From an uncultured Gemmatimonadota bacterium (GTDB taxonomy: Bacteria > Gemmatimonadota > Gemmatimonadetes > Palauibacterales > Palauibacteraceae): a stretch of 64,000 bases of DNA. The notes under the pieces are model-generated. The model saw only the letters and a list, made by a program, of their open reading frames with translations, searched no databases and was not told the DNA's origin. A program made the translations under genes and the position numbers. Below are positions 63,688 through 64,000 of this stretch, piece by piece. The stretch spans positions 22,618-86,617 of the forward strand of contig CAZFDK010000006.1 of the NCBI GenBank assembly GCA_964518305.1, given 5' to 3'. The first letter of the stretch is position 1. Each line of letters starts with the position of its first letter.

Positions 63688-64000
63688 TTGAGGATCCTCC
63701 TCGTCAGCCCGAAGCCCCGGAACTCCCGCACCGGAAACGACGTCACCTCCCGGCGGTGGGCCTCCCACCTCCGGTCCCTGGGACACCAGACGGCGATTCG
63801 GAAGCGGTACGCGCCGGACGCAGACGACGCCGAGGATCCGCCGTTCGGAGGGCGGGAGCCGGACCTGCTGGCGGCGCTCCACGCCCGCCGCAGCGCCGGC
63901 TCGGTCCGGCGGTGGCAGAAGAAGAGGCCCGGCTGGCCGCTGGTGGTGGCCCTCACCGGGACGGATCTGTACCGGGACCTGGACGAGTCGCCGGACGCCC
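63688..64000 (+). CDS. Glycosyltransferase-like protein resembling the selenosugar synthase SenB (TIGR04348-type), 3' end outside the window
   Basis: From the TTG start it reads (M)RILLVSPKPRNSRTGNDVTSRRWASHLRSLGHQTAI...LLAALHARRSAGSV...PLVVALTGTDLYRDL, with 104 codons open to the window edge. The family assignment is from memory of its N-terminal pattern (TGN instead of the GT4 GG motif) and from its EgtB-like neighbour. It is not in the ORF track because it is truncated. Confidence 0.55.
   Translation, partial: MRILLVSPKPRNSRTGNDVTSRRWASHLRSLGHQTAIRKRYAPDADDAEDPPFGGREPDLLAALHARRSAGSVRRWQKKRPGWPLVVALTGTDLYRDLDESPDA

Noticed and set aside
1-64000. Search for CRISPR arrays, rRNA, transposases/IS ends, prophage genes, toxin-antitoxin pairs or known defence operons
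   Set aside because: I saw no repeat-spacer periodicity, no rRNA-like conserved stretches, no DDE/serine/tyrosine recombinase motifs, and no terminal inverted repeats in any frame or intergenic region I read. Absence is by eye only.

Overview
This is a 64-kb, roughly 70% GC, gene-dense chromosomal segment. I support about 57 protein-coding genes, one tRNA-Ser(UGA), one fragmented pseudogene, and a few promoter, operator and terminator candidates. I found no rRNA, CRISPR array, transposase, integrase or prophage signal. All functional calls come from reading the translated ORFs for family-diagnostic motifs, because no database search was possible. Gene content and style (CarboxypepD_reg-type TonB receptors, rnfB-CDGEA gene order, very high GC3, pervasive ATGA/GTGA start-stop overlaps) suggest a Gemmatimonadota-like Gram-negative, but that is inference only.

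Most ORFs in the six-frame track are Arg/Pro/Gly/Ala-rich antisense or off-frame artefacts of the high GC. Several real genes appear in the track with spurious N-terminal extensions, so I re-derived their starts from coupling overlaps and conserved N-termini.

Layout:
- 1-14418 (-): a single co-directional block korA-korB-orphan-rnfB-[1736-aa PFOR-like oxidoreductase with a tethered C-terminal ferredoxin]-rnfC-rnfD-rnfG-rnfE-rnfA (rnfA runs off the window).
- 14.6-21.7 kb: M20 peptidase, diaminopropionate ammonia-lyase, a cold-shock protein, a CN-hydrolase, an aldehyde dehydrogenase, an SDR and OsmC.
- 22-27.4 kb: a CBM9/DUF5916-like outer-membrane protein, an M1 aminopeptidase remnant, an EamA transporter and a CobB sirtuin.
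- 27.7-31.7 kb: hutU-hutI-hutG.
- 31.8-43.9 kb: an acidic orphan, Tpt1/KptA, a DASS symporter, dienelactone hydrolase, a nucleotidyltransferase, an OsmC-like protein, two tandem barrel-less CarboxypepD_reg+plug proteins, YciE/F-like, a divergent Nramp, MATE, and two tandem paralogous 4-TM orphans.
- 44-53 kb: a Cys/Met PLP enzyme, tRNA-Ser, CYTH, small beta-barrel OMPs, class II photolyase coupled to SDR-DUF2867, and a DCC-LMF fusion.
- 53-57 kb: an M8 (leishmanolysin-like) lipoprotein, an I9-like lipoprotein and proline dehydrogenase in one operon.
- 57-64 kb: Fpg, then Fur-box/TonB receptor/PepSY/NUDIX/34-aa micro-ORF/EgtB-SenA-like sulfoxide synthase/SenB-like glycosyltransferase (partial).

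The best candidate for something not yet described is the 2-oxoacid-oxidoreductase/Rnf supra-operon with its giant ferredoxin-tethered PFOR and its Cys-free orphan. Secondary candidates are the paired His-bearing 4-TM orphans upstream of MATE, the barrel-less plug tandem, and the extended selenoneine-like cluster.
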